Assembly: GCA_973895155.1 (NCBI GenBank)
Contig: OZ316892.1
Span: forward strand, 9,032,283-9,096,282
Direction: 5' to 3'
DNA length: 64,000 bases
Origin: Marsupella aquatica
Lineage: Eukaryota > Plantae > Marchantiophyta
Both the position numbers and the translations under genes were made by a program. The notes under the pieces are model-generated. The model searched no databases and was not told where the DNA came from. It saw nothing but the letters and a program-made list of their open reading frames with translations. Positions within the stretch are counted from its first letter, which is position 1, and each line of letters begins with the position of its first letter. Shown here piece after piece: positions 36,401 through 48,700 of this stretch.

Positions 36401-39296
36401 AAAGAGATTTGCGTTCCTTCAGTACTACTTCTGCATCATGCATGTATCCTCACTTAAATTTTGGGCCAAAGCTGTCTGCACAGGGATTTGATTATCTTCA
36501 TTAGTACTTTTTCTGCATCATGCATTTCATCCCCTTGAGTGTTTTCTATTCATTTGCTCTGTTCGACAGGAAGTATGCCACAATTCACACTCCAGATTGA
36601 GTCTATTGGAATGCAACTATTAGTATTCTGCTGTTGCTGACATGTTCTCATTGGGGCTCTGAATCTGAATCGGTGAACGAGACTCCCGAACTTGAAACAG
36701 CCAGCATGTGCTCAATCCGATTACGAGCTAGTTTACGTCCCTTTGACCAGTTGAATTTAGTAATTTTAAGCAGAGGTCCACAAAGTTCCAACATCCAGAA
36801 AGCTCCCGAAAAAGTATATTTTCTTCCATAAATTCTGCCAAAGAGATGTGTAGGTAGAGCAGTTGATCGAGATGAAAAACTTTAGGAAAGCAGGAGTCAC
36901 AGAGAAAAAGAAATTCAAGGATAACTTAGAGGATTACTGTCAACAATCTACCTGTCTCTAGTTCTCATCACTGGGTCGTTTACAGCAAGATTGTGCTTAG
37001 TAAACGAGGGTAGCTTTGATCGAGACGATCCAGTGATGAGCTTTGATCGTCCCCTCTCCCCGAGCAGAGTATGCGTTGTTTGTTAGGGTCCCCGAGAACC
37101 TTCAGATATTCCAGGTCTCCGAGGAAATGGCAACTCCAAAAGTTCGAATAGTTGGGGAACCAGGCACTCTTTGAATTCCCAATCTCTGATGAAATGGCGA
37201 TTGCCAAGCACTTCTCGAGGGAGATTGCCTGAGCGTCAAGCAACTGTTGAATAAGCACGGGAGGCTCTTCAAGGTAGGATGGAAGAGCGATCCTGATCTT
37301 GTCCAAGGAACCCCAGGTAATCACTGGATTCTAACTTGTGCCAAACTTGTTTCCGTTCCCGTGGTGTAGAGGCGAACGACTATGCAATGCTCTGGGAGGA
37401 TGGCGAGGGCACCTTACCATCCTCCCGACGTTATGTCACTTCTGATTCGGCTAAGAAGAACTCCGTCCCTGCTGCTGATGCCAGAGACAGAACTGGCCCT
37501 GCGAGCTCGAGTGCAAATTGACACCCCTGAATGATGATGGGGCACAACGACTACGCCGCCAAGCGATGGCAGAGGAGACGGTGGTGTAGCGAGGCTAGGA
37601 CAACCAGCTCAAAATCAGGAGTGAATGGCCTGATAAGGAAAGCCAAAGGCATTGGTCGTTTTTCTCACGATGACTCTGACTTACAAGGTGAGGACCAAGC
37701 AGCGGGGGAGAGTGATCTGGCTTTGTAAATCTAAAAGGGATCGTTAGCATATCCATCGTATAGATTGTCTGGTAGATTGAGTCCAGAGCAATCCAGATCT
37801 CTTCTATGATCTTCTTTGTAAGAGTGAGTTACGAGAATTGCTCCTATCCAAAGATGGGCATTATGAATTAGATGCACTCGCTATGACAACGCTCCACCGC
37901 AATGTTGATATTATTGTGCTTCTCGTTTATGCGTTAGGAGAGTGTGATCACCCTCCTTCCTACATCAAACAGAGTAGGGTCATTTCACCTTGATTGACGA
38001 CGACAGCATGGGAGAGGATCGAAGTTACAACAGTAACGAAGGTAGTCATTGATTATTTTCGCACTGAAGAGCTTGCATTCATGGCCGCTTGTGAGGAAGA
38101 GTATAACAAACATCGGGATTTCAATTCCTTCCCGTCAAAGGGGAAACGAGAGGCCCAAGTGCCCAAGTGAAATGAAACAAGGCAATGGCAGGCAGAAGAA
38201 ACTGAATGAAAGACCTTCAATCCAGCTAGCTAGGGTAGGAAACTTTCACAACAAGTGGTCTCCTCAAGAACGACCTGTCACTTGAAATGAAAGGCTTGGT
38301 TGGATTCTCAGTGTCGGAAAAAGGTAAGAGTCTGTCCGTTCCTTCGTTGTAAAGCCAGCCCCAAATGTTGACAAATACACAGTCAAAGGGGATTAAGGAA
38401 GGGAATAATAAGGATTGAACGTGTAATTTGGAGAATGTGGACATGCACGATTTCATTCGTTGCAAGATGTGGCCTGAGACGAATGGAAACAGGCTGGAAA
38501 CTTGAATAAATGCAATTGAAATCAGACATTTCGGGATTTCGCAGCATTCCTTAAAGGTGTATTTTAAAGTGGAACTTATCTTTCTCCACTTAATATAGAG
38601 ACTGAGAGTCATGTCTAGCTTTTCGGATAGTTTTGAGACCTCCAGAATCCCTCATGAAGACATTCAAGCAATTGGAAAGTGGATGCAATGAATCACCACA
38701 ATCCAACGATTCGCTTCAAGTGATTATTGCAACGGTTCCTTATCTCTAACCAGAAGATCCTGCGAGGAAAGCGGACAATGCGAGTTGAATTGACATTGAC
38801 GGTATCAAAACTGGTAATTAGGATTGCTTAGGGTACCGAATTGTGTGTCGGTAGTGCACATCAGTTATACCATATTGCCAGGGTCTGGGAGGAACCAAAA
38901 CTTAATGATGTGTGGGCTGTTGCGTTGCCTGCCTATTTCATGAGTTAGAAGCAGGCTAAACGTTTTAAACATCCTCCAACGCCCGCTCTACGGGAAAACC
39001 TCGACTTCGCCGGTTTCTTCTTTGCCTTCTCTTTGATCAATTTGAACTTGTTTGCCCTTTCTCTGGCCCTTGCTCGCGCCCGGGGGCTCCAGGTCCCTTG
39101 TCTCAGATGCTCGATATGTTCTCTGGACATGAACGGCGACTCCCAGAGCTTTCGCTTCACGGGATTGCGAGAACGAGAGCACAGGTTACCCTTACTGTCA
39201 CATTCGTCGCGGAATTCGTGCACGAAATTCCTGTCAATTCGCTTGCCAAAGATGGCTCCCATGTTTGTGAGTAGTTCTTCTTCTGTCTCATCTAGT

Positions 39297-39995
39297 CTAG
39301 TTATAAACGAAAGGAGTCCCTAAAGCTTATTCAGGCATATACTTCTCAACCTTCTCAATTTCTGCAGTAAGTGAAGCATCAAGATTTTGGCTCCCCCTGC
39401 CACGAGCCATCTACTCTGCACAGATCGAAAGCTTCACCTTCTGCATATCCATTTTCCGGCCTTAAAGTTCATGGATCCAATTGCTTCTTAGCCTAGTTAT
39501 AAACCAAGGGAGACCCCAAATTCATGAAGGCATACAGTTCTCAACCTTCTCAATATTTGCTGTAGGAGAATCGTCAAGGGTTTAATTCCACCGGCCTCGA
39601 GCCTTCTACGCGTCACAGATCGAAGTCTGCACCTCCTGCAGATCCAGTTTTGGGGCCTCAACTTCTAGAAATAATGCGTTTGCAGAATAACCTTCTCAAT
39701 TTGGAGTAGGAAAAGCAGCATTAAGTTGATGCCCCTGGCCACGAGCCGTCTACTCCACACAGATCGAGGTCTTCACCTCCTGCAGATCCATTTTCCCGGC
39801 CTTACAGTTTATGGATCCATTTGATTCTTGGTCTAGTCATAAAACGAAGGGAGGCCCTATTATTCAGGCAATACACCTCAACCTTCTCAAGTTTTGCAGT
39901 AAGAAAAGAGTCAAGATTTTGATGCCCCCGGCAAGAGCCATCTAGTCTGCACACAGATCGAAGTCTTCATCTTCTGCAGCTCCAATTTTTAGGCC
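39297..39995. repeat. Degenerate tandem array, 4 copies of a roughly 196-bp unit (copies 2-3 partly deleted)
   Basis: Shared blocks CTAGTyATAAA, AACCTTCTCAA, GAGCCnTCTA, CACAGATCGA and CACCTyCTGCA; units start near 39297, 39493, 39689 and 39833. Confidence 0.85.
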
Positions 39996-42171
39996 ACGAG
40001 GCATCCCATCCTCAACAGAATCTCTCGGTGGACAGCTGCTGACCCACTCGATTGAAAATCCTTTGATTTGTGTGTTTCTTTCGATCTTGTGCATAGCCTT
40101 CATCATCCGACACATTTCGTATTTTCGCCGGGTGTTCGTCACAACCTGTAATTTTGGCAATTTTGGCTCATGCCATAGCGTCAGGAAGGACAGACATCAA
40201 CGGGCTCGTTCTCTCGCTTGGCTTGATCCATTTGGAGACTTTATCGATGCATTGAATTGTGAAAGAGGAGTAAATGTTTGCAGAGAACTAATCCTTCGCA
40301 ACTCGTCCCTACGAAATGACAGTGAATGGAGGATCGCATCTTTGATAGTTCCGAAGGGTCGCGCCTGTTACCACTGTAATTTCAAGGCTTTTTTATTGGA
40401 GTCTCTCTTATTGCACAGCAAAATGTGGAAACTAATGCCCTCTCTAATTGCACATCAAAATGTCGAAACTCAAGACTACCTCCACATTGTCTATGAAGCC
40501 AAAATGGACTTGCAAAGCTTAGATGGACTTGCTCAGAACATTTGAATGGACTCAGGTAATGTTGTTTACACTTTTGCCTGAAATGCAACCTGTAAAGGGT
40601 CTCCTAACCATTTGCAACTGGTTTCAGTTACATTACCAAACTTGATGATTGGACTACCTTGAATCTGAAAGATGTCAAGTAGTCATCATGCCATTACTCA
40701 TGAACACTTGTTTTCAGTTGACCCACATGAAAATTTCCTAGTGCAAAGTGAAATCATGATTTAGAATATTTGATCATCTTTGTGTTCATCTGAAACAAAG
40801 CAAATGATTTCAAAAAGGTCAAACTTTATCAGGCAATAGACTGGAGCTTAAACAAAGCTCTTCAAATGAATCAACCCAATCTGCCAAATTTGAAGATAAG
40901 GTTTACTTAGTTGACGCCTTTGAAGACCTTGTAGAGTAAGTTGTCAAGATGTCACACACATTTAATTTGAAAATGAGCAATGTACTTGTGAAGTTCGTGA
41001 CAACTTGACAATTTCATAAACGCCAGGCTCAAATCCGTGACATGGGAGCAATGGAGTGGTGCAAATGTTACTTTTCAAAAACATCTGAAGTTTCATCTCA
41101 TGGACCCATTTTGCTTGCTTTCAGTTCAACTGAGATTGGAGCTTCAAGACAAATAAATTCCATTCTTATTCGGCAACATTACTGAGCCATTACACTGAAT
41201 TTCAGAGGTCATTTTCTAAAAACATTATGACGTCTTGACTACTTTCACCACAAGGTAGTCAAATTTGTCAAGCGCAATCTACAACCAACTCCCTTTTCAT
41301 TTTGGTGTAAAAGAACCGATTGTTTTACGCAGTCCATGGGGATGGGCAGGGACAATGCCTCTGTTCATTCGGGCTTTAGATTCTCAAAATGTTACAATGT
41401 AATGTAAGCGTATTATGTCGATCACTCCATAATACCAAGATATACTGAAGTTCAAGCCCAGATGGACCTTGGCCTTACCTCATCTCTTGGATGTATTGTG
41501 CTCCCTTGACAGTCATAGAAGTCTGAAAAAGTTTCTACATAGCTGCCTCCTAAATGTACTCTTTGGATGTATTCTAGCTCAAGTAAAGCTTTTCCATCAT
41601 TGCTGAAATGTGGGACCGTCATTCTTTCCAAGAGGCAACATGGCCTTGGCTTGCACATTTCTACTAGAATGGACAGCATTAGGTCATAAAAGCAATGTGA
41701 TCTGCCACATGAGGCATTAAAAAGTGAAACAGGAGAATGATAGTCTCTCTTTGAGTTATTCATGCCATTAGCTCTCTTTTTCAGTTTTTAATGCCTACTT
41801 GATGAGTGTCATGAGCTCTTTCAGAGCAAAATGAGGAAGAGTGCATAGCCGGAAGGAGCATTTGGGCTACAACGGATGGATGACGGGTTGGACTTACAGA
41901 GTTCTTGCAACTGGTGTCACCCTTGCAACTGGTGTCACAATTTGGATAGAACTGTAAAATGTATCATCTTAGTAAAAAAAGATGTTCAACCAAGGTCCAT
42001 CACAGCTGTTAATATCCATCTGGGCATTTTGTCACACTTGGAGGTCCATCCAGGCTTACTTTTCAAGATATTCTTGATTATTTTACCTGAGATTTTACCA
42101 TGATAGATTCCATGATTCTCTTTAAATCACTAAGTGTTACTCTACATACCAGTTTGGTTGTAAATTTAGTT

Positions 42172-42306
42172 TGTTGAGCAAAGACTACATTCACCATGGT
42201 AAGTCCTTGAACCATCCAACACACAAGTAATTGATATAGAGATATGTGGTTCACCTCAGCTGAGGCTATGTTCACGGGAACACACAAGAGCTTTACAGCA
42301 CCCTAG
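42172..42306 (-). mobile_element. Truncated degenerate Copia LTR (U5 end)
   Basis: TGTTGAGCA..TGAACCATCCAAC..GTGGTTCACCTC..CACGGGAACACACAAGAGCTTTAC matches the family's U5. Confidence 0.75.
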
Positions 42307-45189
42307 ACCTTGGGCCCTTACCTTAACTAATATGGGACCCCCCGTGCGAACAACTTAAGGGGTTTTTTAATCTGATTTTCAACTAAAAATTTCCAGTTTT
42401 TATAATCTAACCCTTGGGCTCTCAACTTATGAAATAACAAAACATACGTGCGAATGTCTAATGGGTATTTTAAATTCGTTTTGAAAATAATATTAGAACA
42501 AGCTTCGAATGAACTAGGGCACCATATATGCGTAGTACATAGGTTAGAAGGAATGGAGACTTGTAAAATTTGGTTGCCCATTACATTAGTTGGTGGGATA
42601 TTGAATACTCCATGATAGGTGTCAACATTTGATAGGTCCATGTGTTGTAGTCTCATTGGTTTAGGGTATGTGATAGGGTCAGTCTCTTCTACCAGTTCTC
42701 ACACGAGAACCCCTAAACCCCCTCCCCAACCCCATCCCTCTCATATTTAGGTGTAACCTGGGTTTTGGGATCTTGGACCCGTTCAATGGGAAATTGCCCT
42801 AGAATGGACGGCCCCATGTGAAGAAGATGCTCATATATGCATTCCCTAAACCTTGTTTTTATAACAAATGAAGGGTATTTTAAATCCTAAAATATCAAAG
42901 ATTATAATAACCTAGGAGGATTTTATATAGGACTGAAATTTTTGTTTAGAACGAACACGATAGATTTAAATGTTCCTCCAAACTATAACAAGGGGTACCT
43001 GGGGCAGCTTTGGTCAGAACCCTAAACTCATCATCACAAATCTCCAAGAAGAGATAGACCAAATGAACAATTCTGATATGGACAATGAATCGAACAAAGA
43101 AAAATCAAAATTGAACAATGTCAATTTTATGAATTTTCAAATGATTGATCCTACCCTAAACCCTATCTCATTACATTTCCCTTAGTGAGGGCCCAAGGAA
43201 TTGAATCTAACAAGCCCTCCGGATTTGTTGTGCATGGTTAGAATGAATGATTGGACAGGTTTTAAAAAAGGCATATAGAGACTTATAATATCACAAGGGT
43301 GCTAAGTATTGGTGCACACACGTCATTACCGGATTGGTCCACGTGACTGTCCCCTCATGAGTTCTTTAGGGTTACTCAGATTCCATATAAACATCTGCCT
43401 TAATTTGTGCCTATAGTAAGTCAGGGAATTTACGTTCAATGTGTGTTGTGGTGTTGAATGTCATCTAGTGTTCAGTTTTCTTTCTATGCAAACCGGTGAG
43501 TCTCCATAAAGTGTTGATGCATATGTGGTTTTCTATTATGTGGGATGAAAGTTGTTTTGACTAGTTTGGGGAACAGTTGCAACATTATGGTGCTTTGTAG
43601 AGGATCAACTAAGAAGTGTATGGCCTTCAGTTGCAGGGCCACCAAAGGAGGAGGAGGTCAAGTCAACAAATTAAAGCATTCAAGGTGCGTTGTCTTTGAT
43701 GGTGATTCTAGAATGCCACAAGTAATAGAGAGAGTGTCTCAAGCTAAAGTCACTTACTCTTAATATGTACTGTCACTTGCCTATCCAACGATTAATACGT
43801 GCAAACCGTACTTTCCTTCGCTTAAACCGTTGGTATCGTATTACGGGGTCGTGGAGGGACGCTATTTGAAGGATTTTCACACCTAAGGATGAGTATGTTT
43901 GATTCCGCTCCCGGAAGTGTACTTTTTGATCAAGTCTACCGACTGGTCTCTCTGTTTTTGATCAAGTCCAAGGGGCTGGTCCTACCATCTACAACTCATG
44001 CCCACCGGGTGAGTGCTGTCACCACCCCCCTCTCATGGGCAAGCATACAAACGTTTACAATAAGGTTTGAACACTAGTGACAAGAGCAAATGTTTCCACA
44101 ACGAAACCGACCACATGCACTAGGGGAGGAAAACAAACAACACAAGCAATAACAAGTGACACACAAAATATTGGAACCTCAAGCCAAATCCATATCTCTT
44201 GGTGTTTCCCGTAACACATGCAAGGGCAACCCGGCCTCCTGCCGTCTGCCCAACTCCTGCCTCCCTGGGACAAGTGCTACGTTCTCCACCTCACTACTCT
44301 GGCTTGAACTTCACCTAATCGGTGCGCTACTCACAAAAGCTACTCAAAAGCATCAAAGCACTACGCTGAGTTCCCCCCCTCACTACTTCGGGGCTCTCCC
44401 CCTAAATACCAAAAAAAAACCACACCAAAGCACCCCTCATGGGGTCACAACGATGGCGGCTACCCTAGCGGCGCCGCTAAAACCCTGCACTAAGAAATCC
44501 CTAAACTAAAAAGGCATGCGGCACACACATGCTGCTAAAACCCTAAACCCTAAACAAAGGGGCCGACGGTGCCTTCGACGGCGCCCCAACTGTACCCAGT
44601 GAACCTTGAAATTGCAAGGCACCCCACAATGGCCGAAACTAGGTGCCCTATTAATTGTACTTTTGAGCTCACCCTTGGATAGCCCTTCTCCTCCTGATCC
44701 CGAATCACTCAGCCGCACTCGCAACGGACATCGGACGCCTGAGTTATGGTCGTTTCAGTATCGCGAAAACACAATTTTGTCGGGCCATAACTTGCTCATC
44801 CTGGCTCCGTTTGAGGAGCGCCGCCTCTTGTTGGAATCAGCTCCGCGAGCTCTTTCCAACAAGCCTGTGAGTGACCCCTCACAAAAAAGTTGGAAATCCA
44901 GAGGCTGTACAACCACATCCGTACGACTATCTACTCCTCCTCTTCTTCACTCTCGGTACCCTGGCTTGTGCCCCGTGAGTGGGCCTCCTCTTCATCACTC
45001 ACGGGAGTGAGTGCCACCTCACTTTTCTTCTTCTTTACCGGGGTACTCTTCGTGCTGCCGCTCCCTTGCTGCCTCAAAGTGGCCAAGGCCTGCCACGCCT
45101 TGATGTACCCCTCACCAATGGTGTCTTTCCATAGGGTAGCCTCTTCTCCGGACCGCAACTCCAACGGTAGAACTTGCCCTGTGGCCATG

Positions 45190-45412
45190 GGCTGTGGGTG
45201 CCAACCCACACAACCAAGATGAATCGGCTACAAGCCGCGAGCTATGGGTGACTACCCACGCAACCAAACTACAAGAGGCCACAGGCCGTGGGCTGTGGGT
45301 GCCAACCCACCCAACCAAGATGAATCGGCTACAAGCCGTGGGCTGTGGGTGACTACCCACGCAACCAAACTACAAGAGGCCACAGGCCGTGGGCTGTGGG
45401 TGCCAACCCACC
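45190..45412. repeat. 101-bp tandem repeat (two related roughly 50-bp subunits) in the Gypsy LTR; also at about 60304-60526
   Basis: Units start at 45190, 45291 and 45392. Each subunit carries TGGGT-N4-ACCCAC. Confidence 0.9.
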
Positions 45413-45769
45413 CAACTGTTGTTTAGCGATGTTTATGCGCACGACACCCAACTCGCGGGAGTCCCCCTTCCTCGCAGCTCGCGTCCTCGCGGCCCCCCTG
45501 CCCGGTCACTCGCGGAGCCCCCTAAGGGGGTTTTAATTTCCCCCTCCGCCCGCAGCTCGCGCCCTCGCACCTAGTAGCTCCCTAGTGGCTCGCGGCCCTA
45601 TGCAGGGCTCGCTCGCCCCATAATTAACCCGGGTCTAGACAAAACTGTTGGGGTCTCCGACTATCCCGAGATGCTTTAAAAAACTTTACAAACTTAAAGA
45701 ACATTAAAAAAACTCGCGTCTATGGGCTTATTTATTTACAGGTGTCTTGCTGGTGACACTAATGGTGAC

Positions 45770-48700
45770 TTACCGTGGCGGGACCCCGTCACATAGCTCC
45801 TCTCTTAATTGCGAAGCGTCCCCGCGAGCACCATACTCTTCCTCCATGTAGTATTTCTTTAGGCGTTCTTGATTGATCCGGGTGTTGAATAGTTGCCCCT
45901 CCAACGTCTTGAGTTGAACTGAGCCGTTGGAGTAGACGGCGTCTACTACGTAGGGCCCCATCCAACGTGTATGCAACTTCCCGGGGAAATGCATGAAACG
46001 ACTGTCGTAGAGGAGTACCAAATCTCCCTCCTCAATGGACACACGACGGAGACGGGAATCGTAATGTGACTTCCGTTTGCTTTGCTCCTGCTCCGTACGG
46101 GTCAAAGCCTCTTCTCTTATCTCAGTGAGTTGCTCCAACTGTTGGATCCGTGCAGCTACACTTCTTTCTTCCCCTTCCCTTTCCCGTGTTAGGATCCGAA
46201 TGGTGGGCACTTCAAATTCCACCGGCACAAGAGAGTGTTGTCCAAACACAAGGAAATAGGGGCTGTGGCCCGTGGTAGTCTTGTGAGCCAGGTTGTAGGC
46301 GTAAGTAGCAGCCAACAACTTCAAATCCCAATCTGTCTTGTGAGCTGATACCGTCTTGTTAAGAATCTTGCCCATGATCCCGTTTGCTCTCTCAGTGAGC
46401 CCGTTGGCTCGAGGATGGTACGGAGTGGTCTTCCTATGTGAGATCAGGTAGTTCTCCGTCAGACGTTCAATCGTATGATTGAGAAAGTGAGTACCCCTGT
46501 CACTCACCAGCTCCAATGGGGGACCAAATCGTGTAAAAATCTGCTCGTACAAAAAACGTGCCGTGGTGTTGGCATCATCCTTGGCAGTGGCTCGGGCCTC
46601 CACCCACTTTGTGGCATAGTCCGTTGCAAGAATGATGTAGCGCTTCCTCCCTCTTCTAGTGATGGGAGTGAAGGGGCCAATGAAATCAACCCCCCACTTC
46701 TCAAATGGTGCAAGAGGAAGTATGGGCACCAATGGGTGGCGTGAGGAGGGCCCTGGTTTGCCTTGACGCTGGCACGGATCACATCGCTGGATGTACCGGT
46801 GTACATCCCGAAAGAGAGTTGGCCACCAATATCCAGCATCTAGTATTTTCCTTGCGGTGGTCTCCCGTGCAAAGTGGCCACCAGCTTCCTCCTCATGTAA
46901 TGCTGCCATGACTGTACGTATCTCAGCTTCCTCCAAACAACGACGAAGACAGCCATCCATGCCGTACTTGTGAAGTACTCCCTTCACAAGCAAGTAGGGA
47001 CCTGTCTTACATAAAAACACTGCTGCTCTCTCCGGGCCCAAACGTGAGGGAACTCTCGCCGTACGGAGAAATTCCAAAATTTCTCCATACCAAGTAGTGG
47101 CCTCCGTAGTCACGCTGAACACTTCTTCATCCGGGAACCGATCATCAATCTCCTGTGAGTCAGATGCTCCCTCAATACGGGAGAAGAAGTCTGCATTGCT
47201 GTGACTCTTCCCCGGTCTCACTCTCACCTCATAGTTGAACTCCTGCAGCAACAAAACCCAACGTGCAATTCTCCCGGACAGATCTGGCTTGTTGACCATG
47301 TATTTCAAGCTGTTGTGATCCGTGTGGAACACAACCTTGTATCCCAACAAATAATGACGATACTTTTTACAAGCGTAAATGATACCAAGTGCCTGCCTAT
47401 CGGTGGGTGAGTAGTTCTTCTCTGCCGGGACCAACTGCCTACTGGCAAAGTAGATGGGATGGTCCCTTCCATCATCATCATCACCGATACAAAATCCTGA
47501 TACGTCTACATAGACATGGAACTCCTTATTCCAATTGGGCGTAATGAGTACAGGAGCCTCTAGCAAATGTTTCTTCAATTCATCAAAAGTAGCCTGTCGG
47601 GATGGAGTAGGTTCAAATTCACTTCCCTTCTTCAACATGGAGGTGAGTGGCATGGCTACCTTGGCAAAGTCTTTGATGAAGCATCGATAATATCCAACAC
47701 ACCCCAAGAACCCTCTCACTTCCTTTACGTTCTTGGGAAATGAGACTGCTACCCACACGGCCACCTTCTCCCGGTCAACTTCAATCCCCCGTGCAGACAC
47801 TTTGTGGCCCAATAGGATCCCCTCCTCAATTCCAAAGAAACATTTCTCAGGATGCAGCTTCAAGCAAGTCTCCCGGCACCGCTGAAAAGTCAACCGTAAG
47901 TGTTCCGGATGCTTGACTCGTTTGCCATAGACAGCAAAGTCGTCAATAAAGATCTCCAAGAACCTGCGTAAAAAGTCATGAAATATATTCATCATGAGCC
48001 GCTGGAACATGCCAGGGGCATTGCACAACCCAAACGGCATTCTACGGAATGCAAAAATCCCCCACTCCGTAGTGAAAGCCATCTTGAGTTGGTCCTCCTC
48101 CCGTATCCAAATTAATTTGGTTGTAACCATAGTAGCCATCCAAGAAGCTGTAAATCTCCCAACCAGCTACCATATCCAACACGATATCTGTAAACGGCAG
48201 TGGGTAGTGATCCTTATTGGTCGCATCATTCAACTTTCGAAAATCTTGGCACACCTGTATTTTCACCTTCCCGTCTGGCCCCTTCTTCTTGGGCACGATC
48301 ACGATGGGTGACACCCACTCACTATGCATGACCGGATAAATGAAGCCTGCATCCAACAAACGGTCAATCTCCTCCTTCACCATGAGTGAGTACTTGGGGT
48401 TGAGGCGGTATTGGCGTTGCCTCACAGGTCGTGCTCCTGACATCAGGTCAATGCTGTGCTCACCAAACTCAGGTGACACTCCTTTCAAATCTTGGTGGCT
48501 CCACGCAAATACGTCTTGGTACTCCTTCAACAATTCCTGAATCGTGCGTTGCTCCGTAGCATCCAACTTGCTACCAATGTTGAGTGTCTTGCCTTCACCC
48601 ACCTCCACCTTGGTGTACTGCTCCAGCCGGATCACGTCCAGCTTGTTCCGTGTGTCCTCATCAAAGGTCTCCTCTAGCCATGCTAGTCGCATTCCCCCAT

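Noticed and set aside
36900-38900. Possible decayed gene or retroelement
   Set aside because: Coding-like composition but no motif recognisable in any frame; needs tblastx.
40600-41870. Possible decayed transposase
   Set aside because: No DDE or zinc-finger motif could be read with confidence.
44538-44556. Interstitial telomere (AAACCCT repeats)
   Set aside because: Only about two units, present in both Gypsy LTRs; at most a telo-box.
45190-45412. CRISPR-like repeat-spacer array
   Set aside because: The spacers themselves repeat, the array lies in a plant LTR, and there are no cas genes.
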